64,000 nucleotides of DNA from Psammoneis japonica (lineage: Eukaryota): contig QPGO01000123.1 in NCBI GenBank assembly GCA_008632985.1, forward strand, positions 124,001-188,000, in the 5' to 3' direction. Under the pieces are notes generated by a model, which was given only the letters and a program-made list of their open reading frames with translations, was not told the origin of the DNA and did no database searches. Below, piece after piece: positions 11,799 through 23,330 of the stretch (positions within the stretch are counted from its first letter, which is position 1; every line of letters begins with the position of its first letter). The position numbers were made by a program, and so were the translations under genes.

Positions 11799-13094
11799 AT
11801 GTCATTGCACCAAAATTGCTCACCATCCATCATGCTTACTCAAAAGTACCGCATTGCTCCACTATGGATCCTCTTTGTTGTCACCCTTAATGCGATACAC
11901 CGAGATATCTATCACGTCTCGGTCCACCGTATTCAGAGTGAGGCACTCGAGGCATCAATTGGACCGCAACACAACCAAGACGAAAGAAAGCAACAAATGC
12001 GAAAGACTACAGCATTAACACCAAATCTAGAAGAGACAGAGGAAAGAATATGTGCTGACTGGAACAAGAACATGGATCTGTGGTGGACGAATCATCCTGA
12101 CTGGGAGATTTCAGACGAGAACGAGACCGGCTATTGCTTTTCTCCAATGAAGGACAAGAAAAAGGCTGAATTCTTTCGCGAACTCTATCATGTACAATAC
12201 AATAGTGATTGCAACAACGTCAGAACAGTCGAGTTGGAATCTAACGGTTGGGGAGAGTCCCTAAATGTGGTTGACAAGTCGCTTCTGTGGGCTCTTGAAA
12301 ACCACGTACCCATTGCGGTCCATCCACGAAAGGGCCGGTGGCACTATGCCGCCAAGAAGGACGCAAGTAGTCCTGTCTGTCCTCGCAAGGACATGTCGTG
12401 CTACTTTCTCAACGTCACGTCATGTACGGCCGATCCTAACAGGATTGAAAAGCTCAAACCCAAGGAGGATTACACTGTCAATTCGAGACGCGGCCGATGG
12501 GCCTATCAGTTCGCAACTCGAGGTCAAACATGGTTGAGACACGAAGTGTACAAGCTGTCTTCCACCACCAAGCTGGTAACTCCCTGTACCGTCATGCATG
12601 TTCGTCGAACGGACGCTGTCCTTGAAAAGGGGAAGCACCGAAAATATCACACTATCCAGGAGTACGTGGATGGAGCCGGAAAGGATCTTACCAATAACAT
12701 TTTTCTTCTCACAGACGATCAGAATGCCATCGAAGAAGCTATTGTCGAATTCCCTCAATACAACTGGATGTACATGGACCGACCTCGGCATAGAGGGACA
12801 GAGGGAGGTTTCGAATCTCACATTCCCTCGGACGATCCTAAGTACGAGGTTACCGTCATTCTAGCAACCTTTGGCTTGGTGAGACAGTGCCAGACCTTTG
12901 TCTATGCACGGAGCAGGTTTGCTACACAGATTCGTAGCAACATGCTCAATGCCACCATGATTAATCTCGACGAGGGAAAGCAAATTTACAAAGATTCCAA
13001 TGACCAGACTGTGAACATTTCGAAATCATACAAAATGGTGACCGAGAAGATTAAAATTCAGGAAACTTTGCCCTCTTCACATAATTCAAGTTGA
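11799..13094 (+). CDS. Alpha-1,6-fucosyltransferase-like (GT23/FUT8-like) type II membrane protein
   Basis: N-terminal TM segment, MHVRRTD and IFLLTDD fucosyltransferase motifs, intact 431-aa ORF. Confidence 0.8.
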   Translation: MSLHQNCSPSIMLTQKYRIAPLWILFVVTLNAIHRDIYHVSVHRIQSEALEASIGPQHNQDERKQQMRKTTALTPNLEETEERICADWNKNMDLWWTNHPDWEISDENETGYCFSPMKDKKKAEFFRELYHVQYNSDCNNVRTVELESNGWGESLNVVDKSLLWALENHVPIAVHPRKGRWHYAAKKDASSPVCPRKDMSCYFLNVTSCTADPNRIEKLKPKEDYTVNSRRGRWAYQFATRGQTWLRHEVYKLSSTTKLVTPCTVMHVRRTDAVLEKGKHRKYHTIQEYVDGAGKDLTNNIFLLTDDQNAIEEAIVEFPQYNWMYMDRPRHRGTEGGFESHIPSDDPKYEVTVILATFGLVRQCQTFVYARSRFATQIRSNMLNATMINLDEGKQIYKDSNDQTVNISKSYKMVTEKIKIQETLPSSHNSS

Positions 13095-14365
13095 TGCATC
13101 TTGAATCCTCGGACTTCTGATGACTACATTTGCAGCCGAAACTGTGGCTGTCGCCAAGTTTTTTTTTTTAAATAGTAGACGATATAAGATTTTGCATAAA
13201 ATCGGAATATTACAACGGTTAGTTTTCAAGTCTCCACCCGTCGTACTGTCTTGATGGTGGCATGTCTGCGTCCTGCCTTTTACATAAGTCAGTGGAGAGT
13301 TAAATCTTCTCGTCCAAGTTGCATTGCGGTCGAGGCATCTAGATTGTCACACAACCAACTCTACCTACCGTACAAGATACTTATAGAGGGACGATGGCTC
13401 GGTGGTACCCTCTATCATGCACACAGAGTGCTGTAGCTCTGGTTTTAGCAAGCCTTTTCTCTACTCTCTATGCACGGTGAGATTGCAAGCTGAACAGAAG
13501 ATTCAACCCTCGAGACGACCAAGAAGAGTTAGCATGAAACAGAAATACCCCAAGCAACCAACAAGTTCACTCCAATCTGCAATGTGCTACGTTTCTCCCC
13601 GAACCTCACTCGAGCATGCACTTTTTGCAACTCGTGCGCTGTTCAGGACACGGATCACGACTCGGCAAAATACTAAGCTTGAAACGAGAAGGTTCTACGA
13701 GTAAGAGTTCCAAAATCGTGTCGAGTACCGAATGTTTTTGCCCAACGGCTCAAGTGCAAATGGGTGCCAAGTCTTGATGTTTCATGGTGAGCAACTCGGG
13801 AAAAGCCTGAACAAGATCTCTGAAACCGTCATCCCAAACCTTACTGTAAAACCAAGACAGACCACATGCTTCATCATCTTCTCCCAATGCAAGCTATGCA
13901 ACAATGGTACAAACAAGCTGTTTTCTTTTAGGAGGATTTTCCGTACCGGTAATATATAGTGACTGCACTATGAACAAATCTCACCGTTGACTATGTGCGC
14001 GTGTGGATTGGTTTCGTTCCACGGAGTCGAGGCACTGCCTATTTGACACTTTTTGTTGGCCTTTCGTTTGCTTTCAGGAGCGCTCTGATACCTTCGGATT
14101 TCAGATTTCAGACAAGCTTGAATTTGTGAGAACGTGAGAACAGCAACTCGAAACTGAAAACTGTGGTTGTTGGTGTTTCGAGTCGTGAGCGCGAACGACA
14201 ACCGCGATATCTGAGTCGTGATTCTGGACTAATACACGACTCACTCACAAGCCTTCGACGACGGTGTCAGCCATCTAAAGAGTAGAGTTCTCGTTTCATT
14301 TTGCAGCACTAAAACAGCACAACAAACAGAAGAATCAAGGCCATATATAAACAAACTAGCAAACA

Positions 14366-16042
14366 ATGCGCATCCTTCATGTCTTTTTGTTTATTAGCAG
14401 CCTCACGACTCTTGGTCAGGCCCAGGTTTGCGACAACGACAGAGAGAGTCTCTTTGAAATAGGCTTTGATGTGACCAGCGACGACTTTAGCCAACTTGGA
14501 TCCTTTTCTTGGGAACTTCAGCATGATAATGGCACTATGCTTCACGAAGATTGGTACGTTTCTTTCTTTGACGTGCCTAAAACAACAGTACAGCTGTGCA
14601 TACCCAAGGAAGACTGCATCATGCTCCACGTCGAGGATCTGCAGACAAACCAGTTCACCATTCAGGTAGATGGTGAAGCAATCACTCCTGGTTTGCCCAT
14701 TTTTCACGAAAAGCACGGCAGCGACTCAATATCCACAACGGAGCTAGGAGGTGACAGCTGCATCCCGACTTGCCAAAGTGATGAAGCTTTGTTGGATGTG
14801 GCAGCTTTCCATGTCTACCAGAGTGCCTTTGAGTGGCGAATAGAAGACGCAACGAACGGAGAGGAGCTCCTAGCATGTCAGCGTGTTGAGTATGATCATT
14901 TTTATTGCGGCAAGTTTCTGTACTCTTTCGGCCTTTATCACTCGCGTCGCTGCTTACCGATCGACGGCTGCTACAGGGTGGTCCTGAGCGACAAGCATTG
15001 GCGAGAGGGTGCCGAGTATGTTGATCCGACGTGGCTCTTCTTCAACATTACCTTCAACGATGAGAAAGTCGAGAGTGTAGTTGATGACTTTAAGTTTCGT
15101 GTGATGTACTTTGGGCAGTGCAGCAGTGAAGTATCATCTTGTAAAAAGGAGGAAGCTATCGTGGAGCTCTTTGTGTGGCGACAGGTGTTTTTCGATTCAT
15201 ATCCCGACCTTTCATGGGAATTCAAGCATTCTAGTAATGAAACGACGCTCTTGGACGGAGTCATTCCATGGAATGGTACAACTTTACTGTATGTGCATGA
15301 GTGCGTCCCTTCAGACGCTTGTCTCACATTTTCCATTTCGGTACCGGAGACGAACGTTATCTCGAGAGATGAAATGGGCAACACGACATACGATGAACAG
15401 GCTCCCTATCGTCTAACAGTCGATGGCGTGCTCTTTGTCGACGGTGACTATCGATTTGATGCCGACGACAGCTACTTTCTTGAAACCACCGCCATTGGTC
15501 ATTGCGTCGCTGCAGATTTGTGCGACACTGGGATTGAATCCCTGTTTGACCTTCAGCTCGAAACCGGCAGTGTTGATCCTCACCATGTGAGTTGGCGATT
15601 GCTGTTTGACGTTGATGAAAGAGATTTTCCAAGTGACCATGTTGCTTGGAGCAGACAGTGGTTCGATGACTTCAGTTCCGAGTCACTGTACCGCACGTAC
15701 TACTGCATCCCAAAAAAACAGAGTATCTATTTCAAGATTCAGGCATACTCCATTCACTCCGGCAATCAAGTGTCCAGGTATACTATTTCTGTAGACGGAG
15801 AGATTCTTGAAGATTGCAGAGAAGAGAGCTGTGAGGGAGACATGATTACTCGCTTGAGTGGTGGAGACTCGCAGTTGTCGGCGGGAGCCATTGCTGGAAT
15901 AGTTGTTGGAAGCGTCGTGGCGCTTGTCCTTGTCGCTCTTGTTGGCTACAAATTATATGCCAAAAAGAAGGCATCCACGATGAGCCCATCCTCTCCCGAT
16001 TCTCCACGGGACGAAGAGGAGGCTGCCAGAGAAAGCAAGTAG
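14366..16042 (+). CDS. Type I membrane protein with Cys-containing repeated extracellular modules, function unknown
   Basis: Signal peptide; about four modules (..SW.L....C.P...C....VDG); TM LSAGAIAGIVVGSVVALVLVALVGY followed by a basic tail. Confidence 0.85.
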   Translation: MRILHVFLFISSLTTLGQAQVCDNDRESLFEIGFDVTSDDFSQLGSFSWELQHDNGTMLHEDWYVSFFDVPKTTVQLCIPKEDCIMLHVEDLQTNQFTIQVDGEAITPGLPIFHEKHGSDSISTTELGGDSCIPTCQSDEALLDVAAFHVYQSAFEWRIEDATNGEELLACQRVEYDHFYCGKFLYSFGLYHSRRCLPIDGCYRVVLSDKHWREGAEYVDPTWLFFNITFNDEKVESVVDDFKFRVMYFGQCSSEVSSCKKEEAIVELFVWRQVFFDSYPDLSWEFKHSSNETTLLDGVIPWNGTTLLYVHECVPSDACLTFSISVPETNVISRDEMGNTTYDEQAPYRLTVDGVLFVDGDYRFDADDSYFLETTAIGHCVAADLCDTGIESLFDLQLETGSVDPHHVSWRLLFDVDERDFPSDHVAWSRQWFDDFSSESLYRTYYCIPKKQSIYFKIQAYSIHSGNQVSRYTISVDGEILEDCREESCEGDMITRLSGGDSQLSAGAIAGIVVGSVVALVLVALVGYKLYAKKKASTMSPSSPDSPRDEEEAARESK

Positions 16043-16163
16043 ATTCCGCCGGCGCCGATTTGTGTATTCAGAGTGGCCATCACTAGAGAGAGCGCGATTG
16101 CTTGGTGGTAGGCCTCCATATCCAAAACCTACGTTTAATTCGTAAAAGTTAGAATAGTCATTT

Positions 16164-17946
16164 TCAAGGAAGAAACACATCATCGTTCGGTTCATCGTCG
16201 AGCTTGACAATATGATTCCCACACCCATAGTTTGATTCGTCAGGACGTGAGGTAACTCCCATTAGATAGAGAAAATGCTTAAAAGACCAAGCCGGTCGAA
16301 ACGCCTCTCCATATGGCATTTTCCAAGACCACCAAAAGAGTTCCACATTGGCCGTTTCTGCTGCTTGTACTTGCGCCTCGTACGATGCTCGTAGTGTATC
16401 CAAATCATTGCAGGCTTGTCGAACGCGATGATGAGTAGAGGCGGAAAATTCGGCCGATGCGAGCCGTGCTCCCGGACCACATTCCTCGTCCACGGCACGT
16501 CGATAGACATTTGTCGCCCAAGAGGTGCATCGTCGTAACGTATCGGCTCTGGCGTCCACATCACCACAGGTATAGTTGCCCTGTATGCCGTCGGATGTAC
16601 CGGTACAAGCCGGTTCCCATGCATGATAGTGATGCATATCAAGAATGGCCCAAGTCTTGCGTTCTTGCGCCGTAGTGGCGGTTCTCCACCACGATGCAAT
16701 GATTCGTGTCGCTCCCGGGTGACGACCACCCAAATCCTCTCCATCACCCTTGGGCAAGACGGTTGGACGAAAAATAGACTCGTGAATGTTGACATGCAAC
16801 TCTTTTCCAAGGGAAGCAAGCGACGATGCACGAAAGGTGGCAACCGCGTCCTTGAGCCACAAGAGAACACGGAGATGGGGTCCATCCGGAATGTTTGTCA
16901 ATGCCGAGTCGATTGTATCCGTGTTGAGTTCGTCCAGGAAAGCCTTTGCAACATCGGGAGGCAGATCGGGAGAAACGCCTTGTCGTCATTGGGTCCAAAC
17001 AGTCCGGCCAAGTGCGCTGGTTCATTCATGGGACTCAGCCCCCTCAGCCCCTTGAAAGCCAGTGGATCGGTCTTTGCTAAAGATTCCACCCACTGAATAA
17101 AGTCTTTTAGGAGCTTGCGACCAATGTCATTTTCGGGATCTTTAGGCTCATCATGAATCCAGAAGCGCGGTGCCCGAGGCCATAAACCCGAAAAGGTGCC
17201 AATGCTGGTAGCTCCTGGATAGGTGTGTATATCCAACACGGCCGTAATATCGTGTGCGGCGCACTTTTGCAAAAAGTCCACAAGCAAACTTCGAGGAATC
17301 GCTGGCCACAAGACGTGTTTGTAAAACGGATCCTGACACGTAAATTTGGCAGTCAGCGTCGCCTCGTCCTCCTTCTCATTTAATCTTGTCGGATCCTCAT
17401 TGGTAAGACACCATGACATTGGAACTCGGACATGTCGAATCCCGAGTTTTTGCAACGCAGCTAAATCATCTGTTCCCATAAAGGAAACTCGATGTGCATG
17501 AAAGATCCGGATCGCCTTGGCGAGACTACCCGTTGCCGAAATCAGACTCGCCAACAAGTCTGTTTCCGAGTCCCAACGTGGTTGTCCAGGACTTCCTGTA
17601 TGAAGCGGTGGTAGACACCTTCCCTGCGTTGCGTTGTAGGGCGTTGCCACCTCGACTGCGCCATTTCCGACATAAAAATAATCTTCCAGTGATAACCACG
17701 AACCAAAATTGACGCCCGATGGCAAACGAAAATCATCATTATATACGACTTGGTACTAGTACTACCCACAGCACTTGCTTTCAAGGGGAAAAAGGAGTTT
17801 GCACCCACCGCGGCTGCAATCAAGACAGCCAACGACCCGATTACCAAAAGCTTCTTCTTTTGCAACGAACTCTCCGCCACTTGTTGTTCGCCTTGAAGAA
17901 TCTCTGGGGATGCATTCTTGTCGATTGCACCGTAACTTGCCTTCAT
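16164..17946 (-). CDS. Glycoside hydrolase family 5 (exo-1,3-beta-glucanase-like), membrane anchored; two apparent frameshifts
   Basis: GVNFGSWL, VRVP, LDIH, MNEP (acid/base), DMHHYH, AEFS (nucleophile), WWSWK; frames join by 1-nt shifts near 17742 and 16968. Confidence 0.88.
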
Positions 17947-18168
17947 TCTGCTAAAAGCATAGAAAGACGTTGCGGACGAATCGTTTAAAGATTGTTGCTT
18001 TATTTCTCGTGTTTATTGCAGTGGCTTTAGCTTCAGGCCTGTTTTCAGCTTTACTTGCGTTGCGTTGGGTTGGATCTTTGTCTTCGTCACAGATCTTTTC
18101 GCACGACGGTGGCGCGCGCAACTGTTTTTCAGCTTTGGAGCTTTGACGACGTCGGATCTTTGTCTTCG

Positions 18169-18341
18169 GTTCCCTAGAGTGCAACTCCAACTTGTCAAAG
18201 GATGGTGGTGGCTATAATGTCTCCACCCACACTAGGCGCTAAGGTGCCTATAGAATACACACTCTAGTGTCAAGGGCTAACCGAGTCTAGTAGTTCAGGG
18301 TTTAAACTCTTAAACCCCAAATTGCTGGACTCGAGCTGGTC
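18169..18341 (-). repeat. Split direct repeat B2 (terminal, retains TpA)
   Basis: Aligns with 18672-18846. Confidence 0.92.
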
Positions 18342-18388
18342 CTTGTGGTCGAGCGGCTCGGTCGACACCTCCGGGCGGGTGGGCAGGA

Positions 18389-18671
18389 AAAAAGAAAATT
18401 TGTGCACCATCTAGCGTGTCGGCTGGTTGGTGCTCCAAATTGTGAGCTGTTGTGAACCATTGGTGGCGAAGCCAATCTTCGTGTCTTTTTCCAAATCCTG
18501 GTGTTGAATCAACGTGGGGGGCCACTTGATTGTTTGCATTGGCAGCGTTCCCATTGAGGTCGAGTGCCCGAGATCACTTTTTAATCCAACACCTGGTCCG
18601 GATCTGTCAAAGAACATCCGTTCTCAATTCATCATTTGTCCGAGAACCCGTCAATTGGGGCAAGTGATGAG
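18389..18671 (-). repeat. Split direct repeat A2
   Basis: Aligns with 25993-26276. Confidence 0.92.
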
Positions 18672-18846
18672 GTTCCCCAGAGTGCAACTCCAACTCATCA
18701 AAGGATGGGGTGGTGGCCACAATGTCTCCACCCACACTGGGTGCCAAGGCGCCCACAGAACACACAAACTGGTGTCAAGGGCTAACCGAGTCTAGTGGTT
18801 CAGGGTTTAAACTCTCAAACCCCAAATTGCTAGACTCGAGCTGGTC
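18672..18846 (-). repeat. Split direct repeat B1 (directly abutting A2)
   Basis: Aligns with 18169-18341; differences are mainly TA->CA/TG. Confidence 0.92.
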
Positions 18847-19800
18847 ACATCCGCCGGCAAATCGCGCCGTCCCTTCATTTCCAACCCCAGGTCCAAGGTG
18901 AGAACACCACAGCCCCGCGGCAAGTCCGCGGAGAGGGCCCTGGAAGGTGGAATGACAGTCGCATCCTCAAAGGATCATCCAAAGAGCTCACCGGAGCAAA
19001 GCCATCCGAGCCAGAAGACAGTGTTAGCAAGCCCTGCTTGGGCCAATTCACGCTGAAGCGCCGGAGAGGTAGAGGCACAGCAACGGCGGTCCAGGTCGTG
19101 GTCGAGCCACACAACGTGCCGCTCGAGAAGGGCCACGGAGGGTTTGGTCTCGTTGCCCAAACAAGCACTCATGCCAGTGGCAAACAATTGAGTGCTGAGG
19201 TCATCGGTGGTCCTGCACGGAATGTGCAGGAGCCGATTTTTGTCCATGACAGCAGCGCCGGGGCGTGCGATCATCATGTCCCACGCGAAGAACTGCGAAG
19301 CTGCACTGTGCAATTGTCACACCGTCCCAAAGGAGACGGGCTCCCCTTTCTTCCCTGGGCAGAGGCTGTGCTGTTCCTGAGCCCATGGCAAGGTCACCTT
19401 GGGCCCATTGGGGGGCCGGGATGGCGGAGTCGTCTTCAAAATGGGGACTTGAAACATGGACTCGAATTTGCGTGGAGCATTGAGTTTTTGTTGGCACTGG
19501 GCGTGTGTCCCAGATGACCAGGCATGAGCCATGTCTAGAACCTGCATCCGTTCTAATGCCATGAGCCACCAATCTCTAGACAAAGTGAGTTCTCAATCCA
19601 AAACGCTCCGGACCGTGCACTTCTCGCAAATGAAATGTGCCCATTGCCGGATCTTGGAGGGCAGCGTGAGCCCACCGGCATGCTTCCGTTGTGTTGCAAA
19701 CGGTGGCCCAGCCTTGAAACACCCAGGGTGGCAGCACACCCCACACGGTGAACATTGTGTGCCGGAGCTGAACAAAAAGCCGGTCCCCGCAAAAGAACAC
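18847..19800 (-). pseudogene. Tyrosine recombinase remnant, C-terminally deleted
   Basis: FWLGWLCSGELFG (GWLRxGE first catalytic box with R->C) and LEMKG, then runs into B1; HxxR and Tyr boxes not found. Confidence 0.65.
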
Positions 19801-19812
19801 ATCACCAACGGG

Positions 19813-21972
19813 TCACGAGTGGAGGCACCGCAGTGGCAGCCCGTGCAGTGTGTCAGCCTGTTTCTCATGCCACCGAGCCATTCCTGCTGGGGCATGTGGC
19901 TCCACCCTGTGAGTTGGAACAGACGGCAAGGTGCAATGGTGAGGGCCAAGACACAGGACAACAATGGGGATTTGCAAGTGCGGTGGATGTGCGAGGGGCG
20001 TCCACGGGTCTTGGGGAAATGTCGTCGGCAGCTCTTGGATGCACCGCAACAGCCCATGCCAGAAGGCGGGAATGACCCGCGGCACAAAGAGCAGCGTGGA
20101 CGTGGTGAGAGGGCGCTCGGCACACGCCGTGAGGAGGAAAGTGAGCAGCTGTCGTGCAATTTTTGGAGGCAGAAACCACACAGTGAGCCGGTCGAACACA
20201 TGCCGGGCTGTCCATGCGGCACTCCATTCCTGAAAATGCCAAGAGTCGTGCCGGAGGGCACTGGCAAACTCGCTTGCCAAGGCAGGGTCAGGGATCAAGG
20301 GTTCAAAAATCACCGCATTGAGCTGGCTCTGGTCCTCAAGTTCATGTGGGACACTGGCCCACACCCCGCGGCTCAACCCATCCGTCATCTGCCTGATCAT
20401 GACAACCCCCGGCACATGCACCACTTGAAGGCTGCAGCCCAATTCAAGCTCAATGATCCAAATCTGCTCAATCAGGGTGTGCAGCCCCGGTGATGATGAT
20501 GAGCTGGATGCTGCCACCCAGCACGTCACAAGGTTGTCAGTGAAGTAGAAAATGGTCACGCCCTGGACGTCCCGAGATGGCAACGTACGCAGGTGTGTGA
20601 GGGCAAGGAGGAGCATCTTCAGCTCCTTCCAGTTGGATGAGAAATGGTGCACTGCAGGGCTCCACTGACTCATCCACATGCGCAGGGACTGGTCCCTGGG
20701 CCCCAGTGTCCCGCCAGCTCTGGTGCCGCTTCCGTCACCCCACGTTGGGAGCAGGGTTGCAGAGTGCACCGAACGGGCTGTCCGCCCCTGACCACCATGC
20801 AGGTGCGCTTCCCACCAGCTCAGATCTCGGAACATGTCTGGAGTCAGTCGGGCTCTCGTACAGTGCAGATCAGCACCAGTCCCTGACCCCGGGGGATGCA
20901 CCAACGAGTGCAGTCTCCGAAGGTGTGTGTGTCCTAGTCGGAGTGGAGTGGCATCCAACAGGGATTCCAAGGTCCCAGAGAGCACCAACAGGGCAAGTCA
21001 AGAATGCTCCCAAGTCGGTCCGAGAGGCAGGACGTGCTGTGTCACAGCCAACCCCTGCTCTCGTTTATCCCTCGGAATCACCAACGTGGGGATTCCTGTT
21101 GTGTCAAACAGGAATCCGCAGTGCTTCGCCACTTGGGATGGCGGGTGACATTTCAGTGGATGGCACAACAGGCCAACATCCACTGCCACATCAAAGAAGA
21201 AGCTACGAGCCTCGCAGGCGCTCTCGTGCGTCGGTCCATGAATCGCAAAGTTGTCCACAAAGACCCACATCTTGATTCCCGGGAGGCCGTCACATCGCAT
21301 CAGGACCAGACCATGTCCCAACTTCGGGTCGTAGGTCTCAGCGCATGACAGCTCGGTCCACCAACTGTTGACCCGGGGAGTGTCACCAAAGAGCCGGGAC
21401 GCGCTTTCTCTGAGCTTCCTCACAAAGGCGTTCCCATGCCGTCCACCCAGGGCGGGACAATTCCCGCCCCCCACAGGCAGACCTAGCCAATCCAGCAATT
21501 CTTGGCTCAACGGATGCATCAACCCAAGCCATGGTCTGTCGTTAGGGTGCGTGGTGAACTGATGGAAAAAGTTGGAAGCATCGACCACCGCTGTGTAGCC
21601 ACCCTGGTGCATTTCATCCAGAATGTGCGTAACCCGGGGAAGGAATGCTGGATCGTTCCCCACCACTTCATTTTGACCACCACTTCGCATGTCGGCAATC
21701 ACTCTCCATTCACCAGGTTGCCCTGGTTTGGGGACGCAGAATGAGGGTGTTGTCGCCAGAACTGCTGAAGGATCGGGCACAACCCCCAAGGCACCGATGT
21801 CGGTTAACTCATCCACGAATTGCGTGGTGATCTGTAGCTGCTCTTCATCCATTGGCGCATTCGGCATCATCTTGGATTCCGGCGGTTGTGGGAAGTTCAT
21901 CCGGATCCCCTCTTGCAGATCGTCCCAATGTTCGGGGGGGAATTCCCACCACAGCACCTGCAAGTGGTGCAA
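19813..21972 (-). pseudogene. DIRS-type reverse transcriptase and RNase H
   Basis: VPKPGQPGEWRVIADM, VVDASNFFHQF, GLPVG, WVFVDNF, KHCGFLFDT; RNase H WGDGSG, SSNWKEL, FTDNLV, HVPG, TDGLSRG. Confidence 0.9.
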
Positions 21973-22193
21973 GTCGGTGCCCCCACATCGTCACAGTTGT
22001 TTCTGTGTCTCTCCAGGGCAACCACCCCTTGACTGATCATGTCTTCGCGTCTCTCACGCGGGTGCCGTTCCACCGCACAGAGTGGGTTCTCCAGTCGCTG
22101 CAGGTGCCAAACCCCGCCCTCAGAGAGATCCGGCGGCGTCCATTTGAATTCACCATGACCCGCATCATCCGACCCATTCTCCGATTCCTGGGG

Positions 22194-23330
22194 TCAAGCT
22201 GAGATGGGCTCGTTAGGTTTTGCAAGCCGGAGGGTGGGCCATCGTTCCGATTCCGGTTCCAACGTGAAGCTCCTTCCCACATGCTCCCAGTGGAACACGC
22301 TTGTGGTCGATCCAGCATCCATGCGGGCCTCAGGGATGTGCCAGTCCTTGGGAACTCCCAGTCCTCGCCCAAGCTCCTCCTGAGTGAGATGTCGAACCCG
22401 CTTGGCAGCACGAATCCAGGCCCCCGCCTTTGCAGGCATGGGCTCTGTTGCCGCTTCATGGATCCGGGCCCCGCGTGGGATCTCACCTTTCACACGTCGG
22501 ACGAGGCCCTTGGGCATGAGTGGGTTGCTCACAGCCCGGGGTCAGGTGCCTCTGTGCAGCGCATCCCAGGTCCAGCGAGTCGCACACGGCTTGGCTGCTC
22601 GTGCGACTGGGAGCCGGCTCTGGTCGATGGCGCCACCCACTTCGGCCACCGCTGCTCGCCGGAACCAAGATTCATAACCCAGCCTTGCCCAGCATGTGCG
22701 GGCGGCTTTTCCCGTGGGTCCGTTTTCCCAGGTGATTGCATGTGCTTGCCAGCTCTCTAAGACTACCTTCGGGCAAGAGTCTGGGGTGGTGGTGTCCACT
22801 GGTTCTTCCCAACGTTCAGCACAAGGCAGTTTCCTTGGTGTGTGGATAAACCCCCACTCCACCACCAGCAAGTCCACTGGATTCTGCGCCAAGAGGCGCG
22901 TCTTGACCCTGGGGCCGGTGACTGTCACCACCGCATCTGACTTGGGTCCAACGGGATTGCCTTGCCGGCGGACACACAGCTTCTGCTCCAGCCTTGGCCA
23001 CGCGACCTTCATGGTCTCAGCACCACACTCGAAGGTGCCGCACGACTTGATCCACGCAAGTGCTTCCCTGGGTGGAGGCACACTCTGCATCTCCATTCCC
23101 TCTACAGTCGGGTCCTCAACATCCTGGACACTCTCAGTGTGGACACCTCGAGGTCTGGTTCCATCGTCGCTTGTTTCCAGGGCTGACGGACAGTGGATCC
23201 AGTCGCGCCCGGCTCCCAGCAATCCCTCCTCCAGTGCCATCGTGTGGGATCTGTCCACCGCGATTACAAGAGTCCGCACACCAATCGTAAGCTTGCCCAG
23301 TGTGCAGGAGGTTAAGCAGGGAGTGAGCAA
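22194..23330 (-). pseudogene. Degenerate C5 cytosine-methyltransferase-like domain upstream of RT
   Basis: Ordered motif-like blocks FECGAETM (I), VDLLVVEWG (IV), PKVVLESW (VI), LGYES..GGAIDQSR (VIII), RHLTQEELGRGLGVPKDW (IX), TSVFHWEHVG (X); in-frame TGA at 22542. Confidence 0.55.

Noticed and set aside
18169..18846. Repeats as conventional LTRs or a CRISPR-like array
   Set aside because: The A1..B1-A2-B2 order with RT/RH/YR and no TSD fits split direct repeats; there is no repeat-spacer periodicity.
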